In this document: positions 24,245 through 37,100 of the stretch, piece after piece
How positions within the stretch are numbered: the first letter of the stretch is position 1
Layout of the letters: every line of letters starts with the position of its first letter
Assembly (NCBI GenBank): GCA_000708835.1
Contig: DF237058.1
Coordinates: 131,038 to 195,037 of the forward strand
Length of the DNA stretch: 64,000 bases
Direction: 5' to 3'
Source: Klebsormidium nitens
Taxonomy: Eukaryota > Plantae > Klebsormidiophyceae
Made by a program: the position numbers and the translations under genes
The notes under the pieces: model-generated
Database searches by the model: none
Seen by the model: the letters and a program-made list of their open reading frames with translations, nothing else
What the model was told of the DNA's origin: nothing

Positions 24245-27152
24245 CGACGTAGTATGCGAGGCAGGCGACTAAGCCCCAAGGAACGTGGTACATATGCATG
24301 TAGTCCAATTCTTGCAGAAGCGCGCTACAGAAGTCCCTGTATAAATGCGTGTAGACTTGCAAATAGCAATAAAGCAATAGGTCGATCTGCAGTGCGCCAA
24401 CGTGGTTGGTTGAATAACACTGTACGTCGTTCAAAACTCCACAGGTCCTGAATGTCGGGCCATTTCTTTATGAGACGATGCCCTCAGAGAAGCTGTCGTT
24501 AACAGCGGGAGGAACAAAAGGACCCTCGATGGAGCATTAGTAGACAAACTGGCTCATATTAAGCCAGGGCGGTCGCCTGAGATGAGCGGACTGAATGTTC
24601 GTTCAAGCTTTCAAAGTCTGATCTCAAAGGACCCTGCATGAGCTGCTGTTCAAAAGTCTGGGCTACAAGGAGACACGAAACAATTCTGCCATACAAAATG
24701 CTTGGCTTTGACAAGTCAGAAGTGTGTGACTGCAATGTCTCGTCTCAACACAAAACATCGTCCAGGCTCAGTGTTGGATTCATCAAATTCTACACTTACA
24801 AGTCAGCATCGTACTGCTCCAAAGTGTCTGGAAGAGTCCCCCGCCTCCAGAAGCCTGCGACTTCAGGCCTCTTGCCTTCAAATGCTGAGATAACATCCTT
24901 AAGACCATCACTGCATGAAGAGAAAGTGATCAGGGGTCGAAAATGGACAGGAAACTGAACCCTGAGACAGAGTTGGACCTTTCGAACGAAGGGAATATAC
25001 CTTCGAAAGCGAAGGGGGCTGATTTAAGAAGAAGCACAGCCGCATTTGACAATGTTGAATCCAGATTTTGAAGAAACTTGAATGCTCTCTCGAATTGACA
25101 GCAACAGCGGCGTTGTATTACTTCCCCAAACCTCCCTGAAAGCTTCGAGAAAAACCTTGCATGCCTCCAAAGTCAGTCCAGGAGTCCCTGAAACGCCAAT
25201 CTGTTAACTTCTTCAAGCTCTAGTTTTTCTGGTCCGTTGTTGGCAAGTGGAAATACATTAGCTGCAGAGCATCAGAGTCAAAGAAGACCCGAACGTGCGG
25301 AAAGGCCGGCTTTGCGGCTTACCTCCTAGAGTTACTTGCAAGACGTACAACCGTAAAAGCTGGTAATCGCTTGGATTCGTCTAGTCTCAGCTGCCTTTGC
25401 AAGTGGACCGGAAGGCTGTAAATTCGGCAATTCCGAAGGTCCAGTATGTCATCATGTTCCAGAAGCTGCACATCAACAGGCACAACTAAAATGTGAGATT
25501 TGGTAACACGAGGGAAGCTAATCCGAAGGCAGTCTCGTCAACCAGCTTTGGTCCAAGCGTAGGAATATGGAGGGCTATCCTTCGGGCTTTGGCGTCAATA
25601 ATCAAGGAGGACAACAGGCAGGTCGTTTGCTCCTCGAGTCCTTAGGGTCAAGTGTCCATTGTCATGGACGATGAGCTCTACAACTTTTGGATGCGCACCG
25701 TGCTTGAATCAACAAAATCCATGCAACCTCAACGAGTCCACCCAGAGAGTAGCCTAGCAAGTAGCACGAATCGATAATAAGGATAGAGCACTGCAGGCTT
25801 TTTACAATTTCAAACTTACGACAATTGATCTGAGACAGACCCCACAAACGGGCATTGGCTTGCCTAACCTGATTCACACAGTCGATGACGGTCCTATTTA
25901 TCTCGGCGTTTGTGCTCTCCTCAGATCCACATGGGTTCGCCGAACGGAACGCCATTGGGCGATAGCGGCACCATTCCCAGCGCCGAAACTGCTTCATGTA
26001 TGTCCTTACTTCGGGGCATGGATCAAATCCTGATCGAACCTGAGGCCGGCTGCACTTAAAACAAGTCGGGATGTTTCATGAGTCGAATACTGAACAGTTG
26101 AAAACTCCCTCCAAGCTACCTAGATCATGCAAGGACGGCCAAGGAAGGCAGGAAGCAGATACAGTTCCTGTTCAGAAGCTTGATAAAGCGATAGAGCATG
26201 GGATCAGACCCTCTCTTTTCATTGCAGGGAGCTGTTCCCGGATCTGGTCAACAAAGAGTTAAACCAGGCGGTCAACCTTGGGTTCTACATTGTTTGATCG
26301 TCAAAACCGAACAGTATTAAACATCAAGATTTGGTGGTCTTAGAGGCCTAGCATGTCTCTCCGGGTCCATATATCGCATTCGACTTCTACTTCAGGCACG
26401 GAGTAGCTTAGTAAGACGTACTTTGGTCTGGATTTCTGCCACCCGTCCAAAAGTTCCTTCTTGAGTGGCTATACTCACTCTGCCCCAGGCCAACTGCTTG
26501 AGCCTGAATCGGCTGACCCTTCAATATACTTAGGTGGGATACTGTTCAGCAACTCCCAGCAGGTGACCAAAAGACTTCCTGCAACAATTTGTCAACATGG
26601 GGCCAAAATGAACAGCTGCTTCTCTAATCCGACGGAGTAAGCTGGAGATACATAAGATTACAGTAGAGTTTTGCAGGGAAGAATGCAGAGGATAGCAGCA
26701 ACAGGAGGTTTCCAACCTTAACCCAAAGAACCATATGCAATGCCGCTTACGTCGAAGGACCAGAAGAAGGCAGGTCAGGGAAAACACGAGAATCCATGGT
26801 AACCACAGAAGCAGCTCCATTTCTAGCTGTTGCAGCTGCTGAGGTGCTGTGGTCTCCTACTTTGCGGATTTCAGGTCAATATTATCTTGCTTCCATAGCG
26901 GAGCACAATCTTAGTTAGCTGCTAACTCCAAATTCGCTTGACAGAACTTTGCTTTATGAAGCACCGCTGTTTGCTGAAGTGTTGACCAAGCTGGCGCCTT
27001 CCCTCCCCCTCGTTTATCCTCACCCGCCCTAATAAACCTTGGACAGCCAATCCGCTCGCTAGCTTCGTGTATACTTAACAAAAAGATGTCTCCTGCTCAG
27101 CTTCAAAACTCTTCCCCCTGCAAGGCAGCCCTTCTTCCAACTCTAGCCCCAT
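22692..27152 (-). pseudogene. Multi-exon gene for a PD-(D/E)xK-like domain + minimal protein kinase (copy 2), frameshifted in the kinase
   Basis: Kinase: GADIGWGRSGTVYKA|SFQGRLAAVK...ELRNEHGIY...; an extra T at 22867 shifts the frame before HNDVKLEN/DFG. Upstream exons: SEESTNAEINRTVIDCVNQ, VISAFEGKRP (24865-24882), QELDYMHMYHVPWGL...LKISQALPYDQPSPTIVM|VMYYII. The 5' exons and start (~27152) are uncertain. The frameshift could be a sequence error. Confidence 0.65.
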
Positions 27153-27287
27153 GATCCCTGGCTAGCAGCTCTAGATCCAGGACCATCGCAATGCTGTGCC
27201 CAGCGATATTATAATAATATAGCTGGGTGGCGGCTTTTATAGTCTCTTTTAATCACGTATGGTCCGCCGGTTTACTCGTCCCGCTTT

Positions 27288-27355
27288 GGCGTTTCGAATC
27301 GCAAAAGGGAAACAGCGGTTCCGTTGGCGTTTCGGATCGCAAAAGGGAAACAGCG
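27288..27355. repeat. 30-bp direct repeat (38-bp spacing) in the putative promoter between the kinase gene and DHQ synthase
   Basis: GGCGTTTCG(A/G)ATCGCAAAAGGGAAACAGCG occurs twice. Confidence 0.8.
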
Positions 27356-27610
27356 CCGGAACCGCAGCGTCACACCAAACTGCCGTTTTATACGACCGCG
27401 TGCCGACGTTGGACTAGATATGGGCTTATAAATAGGAGAAAAGACACCTTATATCGGCGCCAGATACTCTGGTTGCAAGCTTGCAGAATCCAGGACCACT
27501 GCAACGCGGGTGGTGCCCAGCTTTGCACACATTCTTGAGGCTGCTCAAATGCTCTTGTTTCGGACCTAGAACAGATGAAGGGTATTTGAGCGATTACACC
27601 ACCTCCTGTG

Positions 27611-30600
27611 ATGGCTGCATCATCCTCCTGCTGCGCTTGTCAAAGCCTTTCTTTCTGCAAATTTCTAGCGTCTCGCTCCCCGACCTTTGATCGGCTAGCC
27701 AAATACTCCTTCCTGCCAGCATTCACTCAGCTTCATTCTGCGGCTGGTGTTTTTCACAGCAGGCCAGCCTTTTGCCAGCACTTGTCTCGGAAACTTGCCC
27801 GCCAGAGCAAGGTTACGAGTCCGAGTCAGGACAGCCAATTGTCAGACTTGGCAGCTTGGAATGCACGAAACATCTTGGAAGCGGAACCTGAGCCTGAAAG
27901 TGCGGGGAGACCTCTGGTTGATGCTTCGGCGGCCCCAAGACAGGAGCGTAAGCAGGCAATCAGAGCATTTTCATCCTCAAACTGACTGCGACTGCGCCCA
28001 TCACACAATGCTGTCAGTGATACGTACTGCTTGAACGCCCACTCGATGCATTCGCTACCATGCGCCGGAATTCAATCACCATGGTGTGTTTGAGACGGCT
28101 CTAGCGTTCGCCTCTTTGTTCCATTCAACTCCTTTCAGAAATTTTTTGTGGCCTTTCAAACCAGTGTCTAGTCCACCCTCACTCGTTATACGGACCTGCA
28201 TACATCTGGGCATAATCACCAGGGATTGATTGACAAGAAAGGCGTTCTTCATTTCCCTTCAACCCAGACACTTACATCAGGTAGGAAGCTAATTAGAGAA
28301 GCAATGGAACTCGCTTCTATGTGTGGTTTTACTGAAGACTGGACAACAAGCAGTGTCATTTCGTCTGCAGCTTTGAGCGCTCACACAGCCTCTACAGCGC
28401 CCATGTCAGCAACAGCTTCTGCATGTAGGAAGGCAGTCTGGATATGGACCCAAAGCAAACAGGTGTTCACTGCCGCCACCGAAGCTGGCTTCAATCACCT
28501 GGTGTTTACGGGGTCGGATGAAGACCAACAGCTTGCAAAGACCTGGCAAGGTGGGGTTTCAGCTGTAGCTTTGATTCAAGGGGCTGCGCACAGCCACCCC
28601 TGAAGTCCTGCTTGTCACTGACTTGTTAACCATTAAAATCAGAGAGCCGACTGTCCTTTTTACATTTCAAAGAGCGGAAACGTTGTTTTGTTTGTTGTGA
28701 ATGTCGAGACTGGTTGGTGCAGCTGCCCATACAATACTGCATGGAAATGATGCAGGTTCTTTGGCAGCCTGCCAATAACTCCCCTGAAGTTACTAATTCT
28801 CGAGACTTCATCTCGAAAGCTTTTCTTGCCAGCCCACTTGCTATAAATCTAATCGACCAGAATATATTGTTTAAAAGCCTCTCAGTCAATTTTTCTCAAT
28901 TGCAATGCTACTGTGCTTGGTATCAGCCCTCTCATTGCAGCATGTCATATAATATCCTCATGTATCTTGTTGGAGGTCGTCGATCTAGCATTTTTTTCCC
29001 GCAGGCCTCGCCAGTTTCAAAGCCCTCTACTGCCTGGGAGGGGAGTTGAGGAGTGACGTTGGCTCGCTTGAAGCAGTACTGCATCCGATTGCGAACCCAG
29101 GCGAACTGGATGCTGTCATAGCAGCCGTTCCCACGATTGCGTTTCTAGGATCGACGACCATTGTTGAGTTCGTAGACTGGAAAGTGAGCCCCGCAAACTT
29201 ATTCTCCTGTGCACGCCTTGTTCAGGCAGAACGGCTTCAATTTCGACCCCACCGGATTGTGTGCAAACCGAACAACGAAATTGGCGGATCGACAACAGAA
29301 GTTGCGCTCGTCGATAATTTGCGAGTTGCTCAACACCTTTCTAAACAGTGTCAGATGCTCCGCCTCACTGCTCCATTTCACCTCTCTCACAGCCTCCATT
29401 TCAAACATTCAAATATCTCGAGGCAAAGCAACGAATTCTCAGTAGCTTTAGTATCAGGCATCTTTTTAAGGTCTAGACGACTTGAAACAAACCTCCACGT
29501 TTCACAATCTTTTTTGTTCCTTCATCCTAGGTGATTCCAGCAGAAAACTTGGTCGCTGCGTTCGACGGACATCCGGGCCGACTGTTTGCGGTTGCAGATG
29601 GTGCGCAAGACGCCATAGTCAGTTTCGAGGTGGGTTATCGAAAACTTACGAGTGGGTTCGCTCGCGACTTTGAGCTAACCTATGGCGCCTTACCGTTAGG
29701 GTGTATGTAGGACGTTTTCGATTCTTGATCATGTGGGCTACGAACGCCTTCCTGGATCCGGCCGTTGCAAGCTCGTTGTACCAAGCCTCGAAGAGCATCT
29801 CTTACGTCGTAGCCAACTTCGGGAGCTCTATTCGCTGCTGTACGTCCCTCTTTTGGCGGTGAAAATAGAGGCACTGGAAGAATGAACCCCGGTTGCCCAA
29901 TGAGAAACTTCGCACTCCTTTGTGGCTCCGTCATATGCCGTTTCATTCTCAACCAGCACGACTATCCGGACGGTTGGCATTCGCCTGACCACTCTCCAGA
30001 TTGACAAGGAAGAGTTAAGTGGTTGCTTTGCTTCTGTTCAAAGCTTCTGTCACAATCAGGGCCGACAGTTCTGCAGGCATTGGAGCGCGGAACGGACGGA
30101 GTGGTGCTTCGGACGGAGAACCCAGCCGACGTCTTCGCAATCAAGGTGGGCGTGTCATCTGTTCGTTCCTCTGAACTGGTCACGGTCACACCCAAACAGT
30201 GGAGTTGTAAGTAGCAATTTGAAGGATCTCCGAAGACACGATGATCGGGCGTTGCACGAAAGAAGCAGAAAGTAGCAACACTTGCGTCCTTGCTTTTCCC
30301 AGATCCACGTCTTTGCGTTCTGGTATTTTCTTGTCTAAGCCGGAGAAGCCAAATCGAGAACCCGTTGTCTCAAATCACCATTTCGCAATCCAGTCCTACC
30401 TTGACGCACAAGTCAAGATGCTTTTACAAGTCGATCCACGTGTCAGAAGCTGCTTGAACCATCAGCATCCACTTCTCCAATGCAGGAGTACGTCGACCGG
30501 CGTGCAGGGGGCGCGAGCGTTCCCCTCGTATACGGCCACGTGACCAGGGTGGAGCCAGTCGGGATGGGCGATCGCGCGTGTGTCGACCTCTGCTCGCTGC

Positions 30601-32796
30601 TCAAACCGGGGGAGGGGATGCTGGTCAGTCATCTCCGTCTTTGCCCAGCATCGTCCCGCCTTTCGAAGAATGACTTGAGTAGGTAAACAGGTAAATTCGG
30701 TCAAACAAGTTGGGATTTTCAACACACGTCCGATTTTGAGCTTGAAAATTTCTAGACAGGATTCATAAGCTTCCACTGTATCTGTGGCCTTGTGGCGACC
30801 GAGTGAAACCCACCTTCTCGTCAAAGACGTCGTGAACCACGTGAACGGTGAGGGTTAATCAGGATTGAGGAACTGATCCGCATTCGAACATTTCATGTAC
30901 GAAAGAATAAGAAATTGGAGATTTCTAGAGGAGCCGTCAGCGCAAGTCTCGATGTCTCCCACGAGATTTCTGCTGCGAGTGCTTTTCAGAGTCTTTTTGA
31001 ACTGCAAATAACAAGTTTTTTGCTTGGGCAGAACGTGCTCTTGACGATCCGAGATTTTGCAGGTGGGCTCGTTTGCGCGCGCACTGTTTCTGGTCCATTC
31101 CGAGTGCCTCGAGTCTAACTACGTCGCCAGCCGGCCGTTCCGAGTCAACGCGGTGAGGACTCTCAATATACTTTGCCCCTGAACCGAAAGTGTTGTTGAG
31201 TCGACTAGTTTTTGGGGATATGTCTCACGGTCCTTGTCAACGCCCTTTTAACAAGCTCTGGCTGCGCTAAGAGCAACTTCTTGAGCGGCTTCAAGCGCAG
31301 AGCAACCGCCAATTGCACACAGTGCAAGCTACGCTTTATGGCGCACTGCGATCAGATGGCAGGACCGTTGCAAACTATGAAATCGCCCATCTGAAGTTGA
31401 AACACTGAGATTGTCCATCAGCAACTTTTGAAATTGCTCCGTCCAATCTCTGCGTCAAACCTGAAGTAGGATGTTCACTTCGGACCGGCAGAGGTGCAAT
31501 CGTGTACGTGGCAAAAAACTCCGTCCTCTTATTACATGAGCGGCTTCGCGAATCCAGGACATTCCGAGTTCAAAACACGGTAGGACAACGACTTTGTCCA
31601 ACCAGTTCTGCTCTCTACTTTCAGGGCCCTGTTCACAGCTACGTCGCTGCCCCGGGCGGCAAGACAGCCTACCTCTCTGAGCTGCAGAGCGGTCGGGAGG
31701 TTTTGGTGGTCGACTCACAGGGCCTCACGCGGAGCGCTCTCGTGGGGAGGGTCAAAATCGAGTCGCGGCCGTTGATTCTAGTAGAAGCACAGGTAAGCTG
31801 CGGCGGTTGGTTATGACTGGCCCCATAATCATAAGCTAAGGTGGAGGCGCTCCTGAATGTGGCCACGTGGCTGGGGAGATCAGGTGTTCTTGATACGTTG
31901 ACGTTTGTCGAGAGAACAGTTTATACATAGGCTGTGAATTTTTACACAAGCTGCATACGGCGACTGTCCTCCGGCAAAGTCGCACTGACGGTTTAACGCT
32001 TTGGAAGGAATTCTGCTTTCGTCGTTCCACGCCTTCTTCTCAGTTTGCCATGGGTTCTTTTCCTGAGTAAAGGAGGCGGATGGTTGCACCGTAAACATAT
32101 CCACTTGGTGGCTTCACAGTACCCGAAACAAGGAGCCGGCGAGATCGGCTTCTGACGTCTTCTTTCCGGCGTCTTCAAGACGTTTCCATTCTGGTCCGAA
32201 CTTGTGATACGCCTCTGATTTCCGTTAGAGTTTTCCTTCAGGCCGACGGTCAGCGACACTCCATCCTGCTGCAAAATGCGGAGACCGTCCGACTCGTGGG
32301 CTCTGCCCAATCAGGTGCGTCGGTTGGACTTGGTTCCTCTTGCAAGATAGATTCGTCCCTTCTAAACTCAGCTACTAAAATGAAATGGCGCTGGCAGCGC
32401 TCAAATATGTGAAGATTGCGGATTTCAGATTGTTGTTCCGTGTACTTTGCGAACGACCGCGAAGTTGCAAATGTTGTTGTGTGTACTTGGCGCCGGCCGC
32501 CTTTCGCCAAGGCAGCTCCGCTGGTTAAGCTTGAAGGGGTTGAGAGAAGCCGCTCAATTTGCCCGCGATGTACCAATCTACTCACATTCCACTACCTCGG
32601 CGACGACGAGCTCAAAATATTTTTGAAGTATCGAAGTAATGACCGATCTTGTTTCGCAGATGATGGAGGGGAGAACGAGCGCGTGCCCATTTCCGTTTCG
32701 AAACTAAAGCTAGGGGACAGAGTCTTGCTTAGTATACAAGACTCAGCAGCGAGGCACACGGGATTCAAGGTAAAGGAAATGATAGATGAGCGATGA
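27611..32796 (+). CDS. 3-dehydroquinate synthase type II family protein, probably plastid-targeted
   Basis: Exons encode [23 protein letters not shown]|[44 protein letters not shown]|[30 protein letters not shown]|GPVHSYV...[10 protein letters not shown]...[28 protein letters not shown] and [16 protein letters not shown]. These are hallmark DHQS-II motifs. The first exon (27611-27947) is less certain. Confidence 0.92.
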
Positions 32797-34124
32797 CGCA
32801 GAGGCAATGATGCCCGGGGGTGCATATTATGAGTCTGTTACAGACCTGCTGTACGCACAATGGAAGCCGCCGCTTTCGACTCCTTCCAGGTGCTCAAATT
32901 AAAGCACCTACGAGCCCCTATCAACTGTACCGACTCCAATGTAAAGTGAGCACTGTAACGATCCCGCGTATCAACGTGGTATGAAGCTTCGCCGTTCAAT
33001 CATGGACCAGCCTGCGTGGGTCAACATGATCAAGTGCTGGGCATCGACGATCAAAGTTTCAATCGCCCCCGGCCAGCGTATCCCGCAGCCATGATCGTGT
33101 GGCCTGCGCACGCTTGAATCGCACTGAACATTGAAATGAAAGCCTTTCAGACACCCATTTCTTAACGTGGCCCACAATTGAGGAACATTCTTATGAATGA
33201 TCCCCGTGGCGGCCAAAAATGATTGCACAATTTCCAAATGCAAGGGACGTACGTAATATCAAAGTCATTCAAGCTAGCTACAATCTATCGGCAGCAATCA
33301 ATCGAGCAAGCTTCAGCTGAATTTCACACACCGTCCATTTCCTCGCGCGAGCTTGATCTTTCGCGACTGCATTCCATGCAGACTGCGAACGTACTCGAGT
33401 AGATAAGGGCATCATCAGAGTTGCACCTTTATCAACCGTCCCAGAGAAAGAGCGCATTGAACTTCGCCTTCTGGGAACACGATTGGCGCTCCGAACATGC
33501 GCGTACTGTGAACCACTAGCGTCCTGTAAAAGAGGTTTAACGCCCTGTCACAGCGGTACGCTCTGGCCGACGTCATGATGGGCGGAAACACAAGTGGCAA
33601 GCTAGAGGAATAAGACCGTTGTGCATCGAAACCGTTAGATCCGAGGCTTGCCGTTCTCATGCACCCGTGCGCGCGCGCACAGCTTCTGACCAGAAACCGA
33701 TTTTGGTTGATAGTGGTCAGACAGACCAAATCGAAACTTTGCTGACGCACATTCAGTCCAGAACATGCACTTGAGTGACTCAGCTCCCTTTCGCTGTTCT
33801 AGCTGTTTTCGCAAACGATTCAGTCGAATTGCTCGCGCGCACTCTAGTTTTGGCGCCGGGCACCAAGCATGCACGACGACACCAATCAAAAAGCTTGCCA
33901 TGTCACTCATAAAAGTTAAAGACGGCGAAGCAAAGAATATTGTTCCGCATGCGCTTCGCACGAGCGCGCGGTTCGCAGCTTTGTCAGTCAGCAGCTTCGT
34001 GCGGGCAAGGAAGGAGACAGACATTTGAGGTTTGCGAGTCTGGCGAACCTCCAGGAAGAAGTTTTCTGGTCTGGATCTGTCTGATAGTGCTCTGCTCAAA
34101 CTTGCTCGAAACCTTAAGACTTTT

Positions 34125-37100
34125 ATGGCGGCGCAAGCAATCCGGTGCGCAGGGCTCCAACTCAACTCTGCCCGCTTCGTTTCCCTCGCATCCAAGATCT
34201 CTCGCAGCGCTTCGCCCCTTCTCTCCCGCTCTTTCTCCGGTGTACCCCTCCTTTCCCCAGGGCTTACGTCAGCGCCGCATCACCCCGGCTGGCGGTACGT
34301 ACCGCGCTGCTCCCTTTACTCACACGCGAAGTCCAAGTCAGCCATGCCGGTCCGTTTGGGGGAGGTGATTCCCGACCTGGAGGTGACGACCACTAAGGGC
34401 AAGTACAAGCTGCAGGAGTGGGTCGGGGATGGCTGGGGAGCGATATTCTCCTTCCCGGGTGAGCGGTCCGTACCATAACATTTCAATCGTGAGGGCTCTC
34501 CTTTTACTGGGGTGCAGGTCGTGTTTCAGCGGGGTTTGTAGATTCTGCGTTGCCCTGAACTTTTTGGAGCAATCTCGGGATTGAGTGTTCTGCTATAACT
34601 TGGCTAAAGGAAGAAGAGCATCTCAGAATGCACGAGGGCCCAATATCTGAAACGAACCCAACATTTGTACATGCATTCACAACGCAAGGGAAGGGGTTAG
34701 ACGTTCTGGTTGACAAAGATATCTGAGAAACAGGACCAACTCTTGAGTTATGACAAGAGATGGTCACACTGAGGTCGCAAGTCATCATTGAGCCTGTCTG
34801 AAAGGATGAAAGCAGATTGCCTATTCTACAGATCTGTAAAAGTTTCTGCATAGCCTCTGATTTCTGACTCCTTTTTAATAGCAGCAAGATATGCGGTCGA
34901 AGGGATAACTTCAGATACTGCTTGCATGCCGCTGTCTTTGAACAAAATGATGCTGTACCCACGTTTTTCTTTCCGGGTTTGGATAACGCAACCGCTTTTG
35001 GTTTTTCTTGGGCTCTTGAAATATCCCAACATGCTGGTATACGTTTGTGCTCGACTCGCAATCCACATGCTCCGCTCTTCATTTCAAACAGCGGAAACCC
35101 TTGCAGCACTGAAATTCGTCGTCTTGGCTTTGACGGAAAACAGCAGTGCGGCAGAAACATCTGTCAGCCTCCTGCTCCCCCCTGACCGCCAAACCTCAGG
35201 TCGACCGAAAAATGGTTTTACTTCCTGCCTGTGTGTTTGAAGAACCACCTTTGCTTTGTTCTACCCTCTGATTTCTATCACCTGCAGCAGAATCTGACCA
35301 TGCACGGGGAATTGAACGTAGAAGTCCGTACCGCTGGCTTACTCCTTGTGTTCATACCTGCTTGTCTGCGATCAAAATGTCGTGGCAAAGAAAAAAATGT
35401 TCCTTGATGGCTGGTGACTCACCAGTCCTTCTAAGAGGAAGTGAGCCACGATTTTTTTGTTGCTTCCAATACAAGGATCTGCAGATTTCGCGCGCAATTC
35501 ATATCAGGACGGTGTGATAGGGGAACGCTTTCGCCCGTTTCAACAACGGCACACTCTCTCAAACACCTAATTTTCTCCAAAACAGTCACCGTTTGTGCTT
35601 CGCTTTTCTTGTTTGCGTGTCCTTTCGAGATAGCATCTCTCTTGCCACCCGCTAAAGCACTCTAATGCGCTCCTCTCTCTACCTGAGAATCGCTTCTCCT
35701 CAAACAAGACGGACTCCGTTTTCCGCGCATCTAGTTTTTCTCTGGAACCATTTTCCCGGTTGCACTTCTATCGACCACTTTTACCCCCATTTCTCGCAGC
35801 CGCCTTCACCCCCGTGTGCACCACCGAGCTGGCCGTGGTCGCCAAGTACCAGGCCAAGTTCAAGGAGCGTGACGTCAAGCTGATGGGCGTGACGATCGAG
35901 TCGCCGGACAACCAGGACTTTGGCAACTGGCTCAAGGACGTGGAGACATATGCCGAGACGAAGATCGAGTTCCCGGTCGCGTTCGACCCGTCCCGGGCCA
36001 TCTCGGACAAGCTGAACCTGCTGGACCTGGAGAACCTGAACGGGGAGGGCAACCCGATGAACGCGCGCGGGATCCACATCATCCGCCCCGACAAAAAGGT
36101 GCGCGCCGCACGTCCGCTGGTTTTTCCGCTCCGTTCCGTTTCATATTTTCCGCTCCGTTCAATCGGACAGAACGGGGAGGGCAACCCGATGAACGCGCGC
36201 GGGATCCACATCATCTGCCCCGACGAAAAGGTGCGCGCGCACATCCGCAGATACTTTCCTCACAGTTCTGTTCCATCTTTCCGCTCCGTCCCGTCTGAAT
36301 TATACTTGAACGGATCGGGCAACCCGATGAACGCGCGCGGGATCCAAACCCGGCCTGACAAGGAGGTGCGCGCGCACGTCCGCATATCATTTCCGCTCCG
36401 TTGAGTTCCATCAAACCGCCCCGTTCCGGCTGACCCTGTAACCTGTAACGGGGAGGGTTACGCTCCGTTCCGTTTCATCTTTTCAGCTCTGTTCCTTTTG
36501 ATGTTTGTAACCTGAACGGAAAGGGCAACTTGATGAACGCGCGCTGGGTTTACATCATCCACCCCAACTACAACTTTTGCCAGTGCCGTTATCTCATCAT
36601 TTCTCTCGTTTCCGTCCAACCAAGTCCGCTCCTCATGTTCGCGTCCTCGCTTCCAGTGCTGCGCTTTCTGGGCTGGAAGCGCGAGAAACCATAGAAAAGC
36701 TTCTCTTCTGTCGTTGAATCAGTTCGTCTCGGCAGCTTGGCTCTCCGGATAGCCAATCGAAGCTACCCCCGCGACAACCTACTTAAGCGGCACTTTTCAA
36801 TCTCCCTCTTAATTCTGTTGGATCCAGACTAGAGAGGCTGAGTGGCGTCTCGTGGGAGGTCGGGTTAGGGTTTGCCTTTCGCGTTATTCGTTTGTTCCTG
36901 TGAAGGAACTGCTTCAGGACCAAACGCTGATGCAGGTAAATCGTCTGCAGCTTTGCTGAAGTTTTAAAGGTGCAAATTCTGCTCAGATTTTCTTTCGTCT
37001 TTCTGAACGGCCACTCTGCGAAGTTTTGAGTCCACAGTTTGCCCTCTCCTCACCGTAAATGTCTCCTAGCCTCCTTGAATCGTCTTATGAACCTTCAAGC

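Noticed and set aside
33415-34195. Minus-strand ORFs upstream of the peroxiredoxin
   Set aside because: No motifs; they overlap the peroxiredoxin promoter and first exon, and are likely spurious.
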